64,000 bases of DNA from Candidatus Eiseniibacteriota bacterium (GCA_963792585.1 CAWBWI010000006.1:448001-512000), one strand, 5' to 3'; counted from the first letter of the stretch, positions 1-10,106 are shown. The notes: a model not told the origin generated them from the letters alone. Numbers and translations are program-made.

Positions 1-205
1 GTCAGGAGGTCCCTCGCCCACTTGCCGCAGGGGGCGCCCGGGGTCAGGTCCCGGTCCCCGATGGCCGATCCCCGATCGCCCGGTTTCCCGCCTCCGCCGG
101 CTCGATTCCCGGACCGGACTTGCCTTCCTGCGTGTCCGGACGATCGCGGCGGTCTCTTACATCCTTCTTACAAGAACGGTCCGAGCCTTCTAAGATCGGC
201 GCACG

Positions 206-3200
206 ATGAGCCAAGCCAGAAGGACGCCGCGGGGGTCCTCTCTCGTTCCGCGCCCGCGGCTGATGCGTCACTTTTCCGGTCGCTGGAAAGTCGGCGTCCT
301 CTCCGCGCCGGCCGGATACGGCAAGACGACCCTGGCCGCTCAGGTCACTGCCGGGCTGAACCCGGTATGGTGCCGGTTGAGTCCCGAGGACCGGGACACC
401 GCCCACCTGCTCGGCAACCTGCTCGCGGCGGGGCTTCGTCTACACCCTCCGGTTGGCACACGCACCTCGCGCCTCTTCGTGTCGCGTCGCGACATGGAGC
501 GCGACGGCGGACTCCTGACGGGAAGCCTGCTCGACGAGTTGATCCACCCGGGGGGCGAGCGGTTCGTCGTACTCGACGATCTCCACGTCCTCGCCGACGC
601 GCGGGAGGCGCTCGGCTGGATCCGAAGATTGATCGAGGAGAGCGCGCCCAGCGTCCGGTTCCTCCTGACCTGCCGCGGGGATTGCCCTCTCCCGCTGGCC
701 CGGCTCCGCGTCCGGGAGGGGCTGGTCCAGGTCGGGGCGCAGGAGCTCGATTTCACCGAACCCGAACAGCGGCGCCTCCTGGAGGCGGGGTCCGGGCACA
801 GGCTGTCCCGGGGGGAGTCGACGCGCCTGCGCGGAATCGTGGGAGGTTGGGCCGCCGGCCTCGTCCTCGCTTCCCAGCACGTCGCACGCACGGGACATGC
901 GCCTGCCGCGCCCGAGCTGGAAAAGACCGAGGAGCGCAATCAGCGCCTGGTCGCCTATCTCGCGGAGGAGGTCTACGCCCCCTTGCCGAGGCGACTCCAG
1001 CGCGATCTCTGCAGGGCCGCGCTGCTGGAGGATCTGGACCGTGAATCGCTTCGCGTACTCCTGGGTAGACGTGAGGGCGACGCGCTCCTGCACGAGATCA
1101 CCCGGCGTGACCTCTTCGTGCGTATGCTCCCGGACGGCGGCGCCGCGCCGCGATTCCACCCACTCCTGCGCGCCTATCTTCGGGGACGTCTCGAGGAACA
1201 CGTCGGGTCGGGCGCCCGCCAGAGGTTGGTGGCGCGCTTGTCCCGCTACTGGCTCCGCCGCGGCGAAGCGGGGAGGGCGGTGCGCGCCCTGCTCTCGGCA
1301 GGCGAACTCGAGGATGCGATCCGACTCTTCGAGCAGGCGGCCAGCGGAACTTCCGGCGGGCCGGAACAGTCCGCCCTCGCGCCCCTGGCGACGGAGATCC
1401 TGCGGCAAAGCCCCGATCGCGCGATCGCCTCCCCCTGGGTCTGCTACCACGCGACCGACACCGCCAGGCAGGCGAGCGACTACGATGAGGCAACCCGACT
1501 CCTCCATGCGGCGCAGGACCGGTTCCTGGAGCGACGCGCCTACGTGCAGGCGGCGCGAACCTACCGCAGAGAGGCCATCTCGGCGCAGCAAAGAGGACAG
1601 ATCCGCGAGGGGTTCGCCCGGGGCGTTGCGTTGCTCGACGTGCTCCCGAAGAAGTCGCCCCTCGCGCGAGGTCTCGTGACCCTTCGTCTGGGGGTCCTCT
1701 CCCTCGAGATGGGTCGCCCGGACGATGCGGAGCGATTCACCGTGGAAGCGATCCGGCTTCTGCGGCTCGCGGGCGACGAGGTCGAGATCGCGGACGCGTC
1801 GGTCCAGCGTGCGAGCATCGCCTACACGAAGGGGCGCTGGGATATCTACGTGCGGCTGGCGCGACAGGCGATGACCGTCTATCGCCGCGCCGGCTACACA
1901 CACAGGCTCGAGTCGCTCCTGATCAACTCGGCGGAAGCATTCACCTACCTCGGCGAGGAGGAGAAGGCGATCGCTCACCTCGACGAGGCCAGGGCCGTCC
2001 ACGCGAACACGGGATTGCCGGTCTACGCGGTCTTGGAGGCGATCGGAAGGGCGCGCGCCCGCTCCGAGAAGGGCGACCTCGCGCGCGCGACGGAGCATTT
2101 CGCCGAGGCGCGGACCTTGACGGAGCAGTGGGGGTCTTCGGCGATGGCGCTCCAGCTCGACGCCTGGACGGGAATCCACGAGCGCCGGTGCGGACGGCTT
2201 CGACCGGCACTCCGACTCCTTTCCAGGGCGCTCGTCGGCTTCGGTCGCGTCGAGTCGCCGCCCTGGATCGCGCTCACGCGCATGGAACGGGCTGTGGTGA
2301 TCGGGTTGCTGGGGCGAACCGACGAGGCCCTCGCGGAGTTGGACGTCGCCGCGGCAAGCTCGAAGCGGATGGGCGATCGGAAGGAACTCGCGCGGAACAC
2401 GCTTTTCCGCGCGCGTGTGCTTCAGCGAGGGAACCGCGCGTTCATTCCAACCTTCGAGGCCGCGTTGCGCGCCCTCACGCGCGAGCACTACATCGTCCTG
2501 CTGCGCAAGGAGGCCGACGTCTCGGTCCCGCTGCTTACCGGCGCCCTCGATGGTGCGGGGTCGCCGATTCTCCGGCGTGCGATCTTGGCGGCGCCCGAGG
2601 AGCTCCGAGCCCGTGTCGATCGAGGGCTGAGGAAGGCTCATAAGTCGGTCGACCACCCGCGAGCGGACAAGGATCACCGGGACGGTCGCGGCGATCGGGT
2701 GGGCATGGCCGCCCGTCGATCAGGAATCGGCGGCGACCGTCCGGGCATCGGCGTCGGTCGCCCCGGCGTGAAGGGCGTTCACGCGCGGCCGGGGATCATC
2801 GAGATCCGTCTGCTGGGCGACTTCGCCGTCGAGATCGACGGACGTCCGGTCCGGTTCCCGCGGCGCGCCTCCGAGGCGCTCGTCGCCTATCTCGCCATGA
2901 ACCGGAGGAACCCAGTTCCCCGCGAGGTGATCACGGAGGCGATCTGGCCCGGCGCCCCGGGCGCGACGGCCCGCAACCGTTTCGACGTCACCCTCTTTGC
3001 GGCGCGGAAGGCGCTGGAACCCGGGGCCGGTCGACGCGGGCCGTTCCACGTCCTCATCACCGATGCGGGATTGTGCAGGCTCGGCCCGGTCGAGGTCGGA
3101 CTCGATGTCGAATCGTTCGAAGCGCAGGCGCGCTCCTGCCGCGCGCTGCTCGAACGGCTCGCCCGCCGTCCATGGGCGGACCGGGCGGAGATCTCCCGAG

Positions 3201-3631
3201 CGGAAATACGCGAGGGGCGTGCGCGGATCGAGGCCGCGCTCGAGATCTATCGCGGCGACCTCCTGCCGGGCCTGCCCTACGCGGACTGGGTCCAGGCGGA
3301 GAGGGAGCGCCTGCGCGACACCCATCATCGGATCCTTCTCGGCAAGGGCATGCTGGCGTTGCACGAGGATCGCGCGACCGAGGCGGCGGAAGCGGCGCGC
3401 GCGATCCTCGCCGATGATCCCCTTCACGAGGAGGGGCAGCGGCTGTTGATGCCGGCGCTGGCGGCCCAAGGGGAATGGGATGCGCTCGCGCGCGGATACG
3501 CGCTCTTCGCCCGCAGATTCGTTCGCGAGATGGGGACCCTCCCGGGGCCCGAGACAGCTGCGCTCTACCGCGACCTTACCGCAGGTCGATCGGTCCCCGA
3601 TTCCCGACCAGCAGGATCAAGAAGACCGTGA
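206..3631 (+). CDS. MalT-like STAND ATPase / TPR / BTAD (SARP-type) transcriptional regulator
   Basis: N-terminal Walker A APAGYGKTT and Walker B VVLDDLH, 'GWAAGL' and 'RFHPLLR' MalT motifs, long TPR-like helical region, C-terminal 'IRLLGDFAV...' winged helix followed by BTAD (YRGDLL...W...ERERL, DPLHEE). Confidence 0.85.
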   Translation: MSQARRTPRGSSLVPRPRLMRHFSGRWKVGVLSAPAGYGKTTLAAQVTAGLNPVWCRLSPEDRDTAHLLGNLLAAGLRLHPPVGTRTSRLFVSRRDMERDGGLLTGSLLDELIHPGGERFVVLDDLHVLADAREALGWIRRLIEESAPSVRFLLTCRGDCPLPLARLRVREGLVQVGAQELDFTEPEQRRLLEAGSGHRLSRGESTRLRGIVGGWAAGLVLASQHVARTGHAPAAPELEKTEERNQRLVAYLAEEVYAPLPRRLQRDLCRAALLEDLDRESLRVLLGRREGDALLHEITRRDLFVRMLPDGGAAPRFHPLLRAYLRGRLEEHVGSGARQRLVARLSRYWLRRGEAGRAVRALLSAGELEDAIRLFEQAASGTSGGPEQSALAPLATEILRQSPDRAIASPWVCYHATDTARQASDYDEATRLLHAAQDRFLERRAYVQAARTYRREAISAQQRGQIREGFARGVALLDVLPKKSPLARGLVTLRLGVLSLEMGRPDDAERFTVEAIRLLRLAGDEVEIADASVQRASIAYTKGRWDIYVRLARQAMTVYRRAGYTHRLESLLINSAEAFTYLGEEEKAIAHLDEARAVHANTGLPVYAVLEAIGRARARSEKGDLARATEHFAEARTLTEQWGSSAMALQLDAWTGIHERRCGRLRPALRLLSRALVGFGRVESPPWIALTRMERAVVIGLLGRTDEALAELDVAAASSKRMGDRKELARNTLFRARVLQRGNRAFIPTFEAALRALTREHYIVLLRKEADVSVPLLTGALDGAGSPILRRAILAAPEELRARVDRGLRKAHKSVDHPRADKDHRDGRGDRVGMAARRSGIGGDRPGIGVGRPGVKGVHARPGIIEIRLLGDFAVEIDGRPVRFPRRASEALVAYLAMNRRNPVPREVITEAIWPGAPGATARNRFDVTLFAARKALEPGAGRRGPFHVLITDAGLCRLGPVEVGLDVESFEAQARSCRALLERLARRPWADRAEISRAEIREGRARIEAALEIYRGDLLPGLPYADWVQAERERLRDTHHRILLGKGMLALHEDRATEAAEAARAILADDPLHEEGQRLLMPALAAQGEWDALARGYALFARRFVREMGTLPGPETAALYRDLTAGRSVPDSRPAGSRRP

Positions 3632-4478
3632 GGTAGACGAGGCTCGCGACGAACAGCAGGCGCGCATTGGCGTCCGTTCGCCGGAGGTGGAGCCGGATCC
3701 CCTGCGCAAGCATCCCGAGTCCAAGCAGGAAAGAACCCACCAGGAAGACCGTGCCGGCCAGGCCCGCGAGCGTGATCGCGAGACCGATCGGCACGAGCGC
3801 GACGGTGTAGACGAGCGCGACCTGGCTGGTGAGGCTTCCGCTGCGATCCAGCACCGGGAGCATCCGGAAGCCTCCGCGCTCGTAATCGGTTCGGTAGAGC
3901 CATGCGAGGGCTAGGAAGTGGGGGATCTGCCAGACGAAGAGGATCGCACCCAGCACCCACGCACCGTAAGCGACGCGGCCGGTTGCGGCGGTCCACCCCA
4001 TCATCGGCGGGATCGCGCCGCAGATCGCTCCGACGAGCGTGCACAGCGGGCTGAGCGGCTTGAGCGGCGTATAGGCGAAGATGTAGATGCCGACCACGGC
4101 CAGCGAGAGCGCGGCGGTGAGCGGGTTGACGAGGATCGCGAGGACGGTGACGCCTGCAGCGACAAGGAGAACCGAGATCCGCACCGCCCGCGCGAGTCCG
4201 ATCTGGCCCATGGGGATCGGTCGCTCGCGGGTGCGGTCCATCCGGGCGTCGCGCGCGCGCTCCCAGGCCTGGTTTGCCGCCATGGATCCCGCTGCGGTCA
4301 TCGCGGTCCCGAGGAGCGTGAGCAGGAACCGCCCCCAATCGATTCGATCGGAGGCGACCACGAATCCGACCGCCGTCGTCATCACCACCAGGATCGTCAA
4401 GCGGACCTTGACGAGTTCCAGATAAGCGGCGAGACGACCGGGAAGCACGTCGGTTGCAGCGCGATGGGTCACTTGCAT
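3576..4478 (-). CDS. ctaB: Protoheme IX farnesyltransferase (heme O synthase)
   Basis: NQAWERARDARMDRTRERP, YTPLK, GAIPPMMGW, WQIPHF, DYERGGFRMLP motifs; multi-TM. Confidence 0.95.
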   Translation of the reverse strand: MQVTHRAATDVLPGRLAAYLELVKVRLTILVVMTTAVGFVVASDRIDWGRFLLTLLGTAMTAAGSMAANQAWERARDARMDRTRERPIPMGQIGLARAVRISVLLVAAGVTVLAILVNPLTAALSLAVVGIYIFAYTPLKPLSPLCTLVGAICGAIPPMMGWTAATGRVAYGAWVLGAILFVWQIPHFLALAWLYRTDYERGGFRMLPVLDRSGSLTSQVALVYTVALVPIGLAITLAGLAGTVFLVGSFLLGLGMLAQGIRLHLRRTDANARLLFVASLVYLTVFLILLVGNRGPIDLR

Positions 4479-4627
4479 GACTTGTCATCTTAGAGGATGC
4501 TCGCCGATGCGACAACCCGATCCGAGGCCGGTTTTGGAGCCGGTCGCGGGGAGTGAATCCTCCCTTCACGGGGACGACACAGGCTGGGAGAGGGCGAGGA
4601 CCGAGGATTCGGGACAGGGGGCCGTCC

Positions 4628-5944
4628 ATGACGCGTTCATCGACTCACGAGCGGCTCGAGCGCTCGGCGATCCTGGCGACAGGCTTCGGCACGACGGTCG
4701 TGATGTGGGCGATCGGCTACGTTTGCAGGATTCCCCCCGCAATCGCACCCAGCTGGCTCCTGCTCCTGCTGCTCCTGGCCGTCCTGTTCGCGGGCGGAGC
4801 CGTCGCGGGTCGCAAGACCGGACGGGGCGCCGGCGCGGGTCTGGCCGCGGGGCTTCTCGCATCGCTCCTGAATCTCCTGATCCTGGGCAGTTTGCTCGCG
4901 GGACATGAGCCGAACCGGGTCGTCCCGACGGCCCTTCTGTGGCTCCCCGGTTCGATCTTGATCGGGTCGATTCTGGGGGCGCTGGGCGGCATGGCGGGAT
5001 CGGCCCTGGGAGACCGTCGGGAGACCTCGAGACCGACCGACTGGACCGCCGCGTTCGCGCTCGTCGCCGCGGCCGCGACCTACATGCTGCTCGTCGTGGG
5101 CGGCATCGTGACGAGTCAGAAGGCGGGCCTGGCCGTCGTCGACTGGCCGAACAGCTTCGGTTACTCGATGTTCCTCTACCCGCTCTCGCGGATGACGGGA
5201 GGGATCTACTACGAGCACGCCCATCGCCTGATGGGTTCGCTCGTTGGACTGACGACGCTGGTCCTTGCGATTCACCTGCAGCGGGCCGATCGACGGATCT
5301 GGCTCCGCCGCTTTTCCCTGCTCGCCGTCGTCGCGGTCGTGATTCAGGGGATCCTCGGAGGCCTGCGCGTCACCGGCCGCTTCACGACGAGCACTTCGCC
5401 GTCAGACACGACGCCCAGCATCGCCCTTGCCGTCGTCCACGGGGTATTCGCCCAGATCTTCTTCGGGATGATGGTCGCCATCGCCGTCTTCACGACACCG
5501 AAGTGGAAGAGCTCCGATGCGCCGACACCGTCGAGAGCCGCCTCCACCGACCGGGCCCTAACGGGGCTCCTCGTCGGCATCTTGGTCGTGCAGCTCGTGC
5601 TCGGGGCGATCCAGCGCCACCTGGCGGGCGGGCTCTTGATCCACATCACGATGGCGGCGTTCGTTCTGCTCACGGGGATTGCGTGCGGCGCGCGAGCATG
5701 GGGGATCCACAAGGAACAACCGCTGCTGCAGAAGATCGGTCGGGCGCTGCTCTTCGGCGTCATCCTCCAGGTGCTGCTGGGAGGATTGGCCCTGATGGGG
5801 CGTGGGATGGCGAAGGAACTGGCCGAGCCTCCGCTCTTCTCCGTGATCGTACGCACCGCGCACCAGGCGGTCGGCGCGGGGCTCATGGCGCTCGCGACGA
5901 TGCTCCTGCTCTGGACGCGAAAGCTCCTCGCCGAAGTCGATTGA
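4628..5944 (+). CDS. ctaA: Heme A synthase (COX15/CtaA family) with extra N-terminal membrane segment
   Basis: GGIVTSQKAGLAVVDWP, EHAHR, QGILGGLRV, VHG, AHQ motifs; divergent from ctaB; ATG 4628 follows GGGG (GTG 4553 is an alternative start). Confidence 0.85.
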   Translation: MTRSSTHERLERSAILATGFGTTVVMWAIGYVCRIPPAIAPSWLLLLLLLAVLFAGGAVAGRKTGRGAGAGLAAGLLASLLNLLILGSLLAGHEPNRVVPTALLWLPGSILIGSILGALGGMAGSALGDRRETSRPTDWTAAFALVAAAATYMLLVVGGIVTSQKAGLAVVDWPNSFGYSMFLYPLSRMTGGIYYEHAHRLMGSLVGLTTLVLAIHLQRADRRIWLRRFSLLAVVAVVIQGILGGLRVTGRFTTSTSPSDTTPSIALAVVHGVFAQIFFGMMVAIAVFTTPKWKSSDAPTPSRAASTDRALTGLLVGILVVQLVLGAIQRHLAGGLLIHITMAAFVLLTGIACGARAWGIHKEQPLLQKIGRALLFGVILQVLLGGLALMGRGMAKELAEPPLFSVIVRTAHQAVGAGLMALATMLLLWTRKLLAEVD

Positions 5945-5957
5945 CGCCGGCAGCCGT

Positions 5958-6662
5958 ATGCGCTTCCTGATCGCGCTCGCATTGCTTGGCCTTGCCGCCG
6001 GAGTGACCGGGGCGTTCGTCGCATTCGGAGGGGCGCTTCTGGGCACGGGTGCGATCGTCGTGCCCCTCGCCGCCGGCGTCGTGGCGGGGGTTCTCGCGGA
6101 CCAGCTCGTCCTGCGGCGCGCCCCCGTGATCGAGACGTTCGGCCACGAGTTGACGCACGCGCTGTGCGCGATGGTCTTCCTGCGGCGGATCGAAAGTTTC
6201 GTGGTCCGATGGGATGGGAATGGTGCGGTGCGGCATCGGGGCCGCTTCGGAGGTGTGGCGGGCGACGACTTCATCGGACTCGCGCCCTACTTCATGCCCA
6301 TCCTGACGGTCGCCGCGGTCCTCATCCGGCCGCTCCTCGACCGTCACTGGTTTCCCGCTTTCGACATCGGAATCGGAGGCGCCTTCGGTCACCACCTCTC
6401 CACGGCAATCCGTCAGGCGCGGGGCGGCTGGACGGGCACGGTCTTCCAGAGCGCCTTGTCGGGTCGATCCGTCCGATCGGACATCGCCGAGCGCGGATTC
6501 GTCTATTCCTTCGTATTCATCACGGTCTCCGGCTTGGCGGTCGCCGGAGTCTTGGCGGCCGTCGTCCTCGAGGGTTACCCTGGCGTCGGAGCCTGGGCAG
6601 GCAAAGTCTGGGAGACAACCTGGCGCCTGGGAGGCGTGGTCATCGGGACGACCCGCCCCTAG
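5958..6662 (+). CDS. M50B-like membrane metallopeptidase
   Basis: HELTH zinc motif, 'GLAPY' motif, hydrophobic segments. Confidence 0.7.
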   Translation: MRFLIALALLGLAAGVTGAFVAFGGALLGTGAIVVPLAAGVVAGVLADQLVLRRAPVIETFGHELTHALCAMVFLRRIESFVVRWDGNGAVRHRGRFGGVAGDDFIGLAPYFMPILTVAAVLIRPLLDRHWFPAFDIGIGGAFGHHLSTAIRQARGGWTGTVFQSALSGRSVRSDIAERGFVYSFVFITVSGLAVAGVLAAVVLEGYPGVGAWAGKVWETTWRLGGVVIGTTRP

Positions 6663-6681
6663 CCACGCTCAACTTACTTTC

Positions 6682-6694
6682 TATCAATAGGTTG
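6682..6694 (+). promoter_or_regulatory. IHF-consensus-like site within an AT-rich imperfect palindrome
   Basis: TATCAATAGGTTG matches WATCAANNNNTTR, in an AT-rich patch upstream of the E1 gene. Confidence 0.35.
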
Positions 6695-6800
6695 CAGGAG
6701 CGGCCTTTCCTGCTGCGTTCCCGGCCCCCGGCGTCCTATGCTCCTCCGATGGGCTTCGATGGGGCCTTCGTACAGACCCGGCTCCAGAAGGGGAATGAAG

Positions 6801-8837
6801 ATGTCATCGTCCTATGCCACGACACCGGTGTCGATCCTCGACGGCGTCGAGATTGGTCCGAATATCTTGCTCGCGCTCTACGAGAAGATGCTCCGCACCT
6901 ACTACATCGAGGAGCGGATGAAGATCTTCGTCCGGGCGAACAAGTGCTCGTTCCACGCTTCGACCCGAGGGCACGAGAAGTTGCAGATCGCCGTCACGCT
7001 GGCAATGGAGGCGGGCAAGGACTGGTACTTCCCCTACTACCGCGAGAAGGCGTTGATGGTCGGTCTCGGGATGCCGCTGAAGGACATCTTCCTCCACATG
7101 CTCTCACGCGAAGGCGACCCTTGCGGAAACGGGCGTAACATGAGCGAGCACTTCTCGTCGAAGCGACTTCGCGTGATCTCCCCCACCGCCTGCACGGGTA
7201 CGCAGTATCTCGCGGCGGTCGGCATGGCGCGCGCGGTCAAGGCCGACGGGCGTGACGAGATCGTCTACGTGTCCTCGGGCGAAGGCGCGACGAGCGAGGG
7301 TGAGTTCTTCGAGGCGCTCAACTGGGCGAGCCGCGAGCAGCTCCCCGTGCTCTTCGTCGTGCAGAACAACGGCTATGCAATCAGCGTGCCGCAGGAAACC
7401 CAGACCGGCATCCACATCCACGAGATCGGGCGCGCGTTCAATATCCGCTCGATCGACGTCGACGGAACCCGCTTCACGCAGATGTACTCGACCTTGAAGC
7501 CGCTGGTCGATTCCATGCGGGTCGGGGCGGGGCCGCTCTTCGTCGAGGCGCACGTCGTCCGCCTCGATTCCCACTCGTCGTCGGACGATCACAAGAAGTA
7601 CAGGACGGACGAAGAACTCGCCGACGCGGCCCGTAAAGACCCTCTGGCGCACACCGAGGCTGCCCTGGTGAAGCGCGGAATCTTGTCCAGCGAACTGATC
7701 CACGAGTGGCGTGAGCGGATCAAAGCCGAGGTCGATGCCGCTGCCGAAGAAGCGGACGCGTATCCCGCGCCGGATCCGGCGACGGTTATGGACCACATCG
7801 TGAGCGATATCGTTCCGGTGGTGGATGAACCGGAACAGAAGCCGATTTCGCCGGAATCGGTCACGATGATCGATGCGATCAACCACGGTTTGCGCGAGGA
7901 GATGGAGCACAACCCGCGAATCGTCATGTGGGGAGAGGACGTAGCCGACCCGAAGGGAGGCGTCTTCGGGGTCACGCGTGGGCTCGGCACCGCCTTCCCG
8001 GGGCATGTCGAGAACTCCCCCCTGGCGGAGGCGAGCATCGTGGGGGTGGCGCAGGGTATGGCGATCGGCGGATGGAAGCCGGTCGTCGAGATCCAGTTCG
8101 GCGACTACTCCTATCCCGGTTACATGCAGATGCGCAACGAAATCCCCACGCTCCGGTGGCGGAGCCAGGGCGAGTGGACCTGTCCGATGGTCGTCCGCAT
8201 CGCGGTGGGAGGCTACATTCACGGCGGTCCGTTCCACAGCCAGTGCATCGAGGCGCTCTATGCGCACACGCCCGGGTGGAAGATCGTCTTCCCGTCCAAT
8301 GCGGCGGACGCGAAGGGGCTCATCAAGACGGCGTGTCGCGCGGACGATCCGGTTCTCTTCCTCGAGCACAAGGGACTCTACCGGCAGATTTACACGAAGA
8401 CCCCTGAGCCGAGCCCGGATTATCTGATCCCGTTCGGCAAGGCGCGCGTCGCCCGCGTCGGCACGGACGTGAGCGTGATCGCCTGGGGCAGCACGGTCAG
8501 TCGAAGCCTGCAGGCCGCGGCCGAGCTGGAGAAGGAGGGGATCTCGGTGGAGGTCGTCGACCTGAGGTCGATCGTGCCCTACGACAAGGAGGGGATCGCC
8601 GCGAGCGTCATGAAGACCGGCCGCGCGGTGGTCGCGCACGAGGCGATCGTGCTCGGCGGATTCGGGGGCGAGATTGCGGCCTTTATCGCGGATGCCTGCT
8701 TCCGAAACCTGGACGCGCCGGTCCGCCGCGTGGGCGCGCGCGACAGCTTCGTGCCATTCGCGCAGTCGCTCGAGACGGTGATTCTACCGTCGACGGAGGA
8801 GGTCCGGACCGCGATCCGAGAGGTCGCGACGTTCTAA
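6801..8837 (+). CDS. 2-oxoacid (probably branched-chain) dehydrogenase E1, fused alpha/beta subunits
   Basis: PYYRE, GEGATSEGEFFEALN..NNGYAIS TPP-binding motif, HSSSDD loop; beta part GEDV...GGVF, EIQFGDY, HSQ, FLEHK; start 6795 or 6801. Confidence 0.92.
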   Translation: MSSSYATTPVSILDGVEIGPNILLALYEKMLRTYYIEERMKIFVRANKCSFHASTRGHEKLQIAVTLAMEAGKDWYFPYYREKALMVGLGMPLKDIFLHMLSREGDPCGNGRNMSEHFSSKRLRVISPTACTGTQYLAAVGMARAVKADGRDEIVYVSSGEGATSEGEFFEALNWASREQLPVLFVVQNNGYAISVPQETQTGIHIHEIGRAFNIRSIDVDGTRFTQMYSTLKPLVDSMRVGAGPLFVEAHVVRLDSHSSSDDHKKYRTDEELADAARKDPLAHTEAALVKRGILSSELIHEWRERIKAEVDAAAEEADAYPAPDPATVMDHIVSDIVPVVDEPEQKPISPESVTMIDAINHGLREEMEHNPRIVMWGEDVADPKGGVFGVTRGLGTAFPGHVENSPLAEASIVGVAQGMAIGGWKPVVEIQFGDYSYPGYMQMRNEIPTLRWRSQGEWTCPMVVRIAVGGYIHGGPFHSQCIEALYAHTPGWKIVFPSNAADAKGLIKTACRADDPVLFLEHKGLYRQIYTKTPEPSPDYLIPFGKARVARVGTDVSVIAWGSTVSRSLQAAAELEKEGISVEVVDLRSIVPYDKEGIAASVMKTGRAVVAHEAIVLGGFGGEIAAFIADACFRNLDAPVRRVGARDSFVPFAQSLETVILPSTEEVRTAIREVATF

Positions 8838-8845
8838 GTCGACCA

Positions 8846-9817
8846 CTACTGGAGCTTCACGTCCTTCACGAACCAGAAGCCGCCGTACTTCCCGGTCTCC
8901 CACCGCGAGATGACCCAGTCCGGAGGAACTTTCTCATCGGGGCCGATCGCGGCCACCGGCATCCACTGATCCGGATCGTGTGGAATATCGCGCTCATCCA
9001 CCCAGCCGGCCATGCAAAGCGAATCCGGAGGGACGGGCATCCAGGGCTCGAGGAGAATGTCGCGCGGCCCTCCCGCCTTTCGAACCCTCGTATGCAGCCG
9101 GAACGCGAGCGCGCGGCACTCCGGGGTTCCTTCCTTTCCCCGCAACACACCTCTCCGCGAGGTGAGCAGGCTGTTCCCGCGGAAGACCGGTACAAGGCCG
9201 TCGGGGCCCGGCGAGAGAATGACCGGGGACATGAACGTCCGGACGGTCGGCGACTGGGCCATGCGGCCGATCATCCAGACGACAATCTCCGACGCGCCAT
9301 CGCCCGTGATGTCCCCGCACGAGACGATCTCGACCGCGGGATAGAACTCGGGGACCCCGCTCTGAAACCCAAGGCTGTCCGCCTTGTCGCGGAGATTCTC
9401 GGGGCGTGGGTACTTCGCGAGGCGGGAGCGCTCCTCTGCATAGAACCAATAAAGGACCTGACTCAGTTTGCCGCCACCGTAGACGCCCCACCAGCACTCG
9501 GAGTAGTAGCCCATCGATGTGATTCTCGCGACCTGTGCAATCCGTTCCGAAGTGCCGTCGCCGTCCAGATCGACGTCGAAGAGGTCGTAACGGTTCTGTG
9601 GCCACATTGCGGTGCCTGCCTTGGCCTGGATCAAGGAGTCGGCCTGCAGGATGGTGAGCGGTTTGTCCTCGGGGAGCGGAATCCAGGGGGGCTCGGCCGG
9701 TCTCGCGGGCCGGGATCCACAGAACTGGATCGTTGGGATTCCGGGGCCGGAACGCGCCGGCAAGACGACGATCGCGAGCAAGACCGACAGGAACGCAACT
9801 GCGCGGCGGTTCGGCAT
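8846..9817 (-). CDS. Hypothetical secreted protein with two FG-GAP/EF-like Ca-binding loops
   Basis: Signal peptide, SD GGAGG, motifs DVDLDGDGTSE and GDITGDGASEIVV. Confidence 0.6.
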   Translation of the reverse strand: MPNRRAVAFLSVLLAIVVLPARSGPGIPTIQFCGSRPARPAEPPWIPLPEDKPLTILQADSLIQAKAGTAMWPQNRYDLFDVDLDGDGTSERIAQVARITSMGYYSECWWGVYGGGKLSQVLYWFYAEERSRLAKYPRPENLRDKADSLGFQSGVPEFYPAVEIVSCGDITGDGASEIVVWMIGRMAQSPTVRTFMSPVILSPGPDGLVPVFRGNSLLTSRRGVLRGKEGTPECRALAFRLHTRVRKAGGPRDILLEPWMPVPPDSLCMAGWVDERDIPHDPDQWMPVAAIGPDEKVPPDWVISRWETGKYGGFWFVKDVKLQ

Positions 9818-10106
9818 GTTTCCTCCAAGTAGGTTCTCCTAGGAGATTCGCACCCCCAAAAACAATCGGCAAGCGCAGGATGTTCCCCCCTGAAGGATGA
9901 TCCGGCTGAGGGTCTCCGCGGAAGGCGCTCCGCGGAGGCTATCCCCCTACGAAGACCGCCCGACATAAGCGCAGGAAGAGGGGTCCGCACGGCCGCCTCA
10001 CCCCCATCGACCTCTGGTAGGCCCTTTCCCATGGACCCGGAGGTCAATTCTGCCGAACATCTGGTGAGGTCCGCAAGGAACGGGAGCGGACCGGCGAGGA
10101 GCAGGG

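Noticed and set aside
440..2677. Long antisense or alternate-frame ORFs (also 7104-8639, 28798-30870, 31164-33176, 46223-48247, 48583-50430)
   Set aside because: Shadow ORFs expected in high-GC DNA; they overlap well-supported genes and have no recognisable motifs
9830..9900. c-di-AMP riboswitch-like GGGGGAAC...TTTTGGGGGTGCGAATC on the minus strand
   Set aside because: The 3' half of the consensus is missing before the start codon
10060..10095. SRP RNA-like GGTCC-GCAA-GGA hairpin
   Set aside because: Lacks the AGCAG motif and the long enclosing helix
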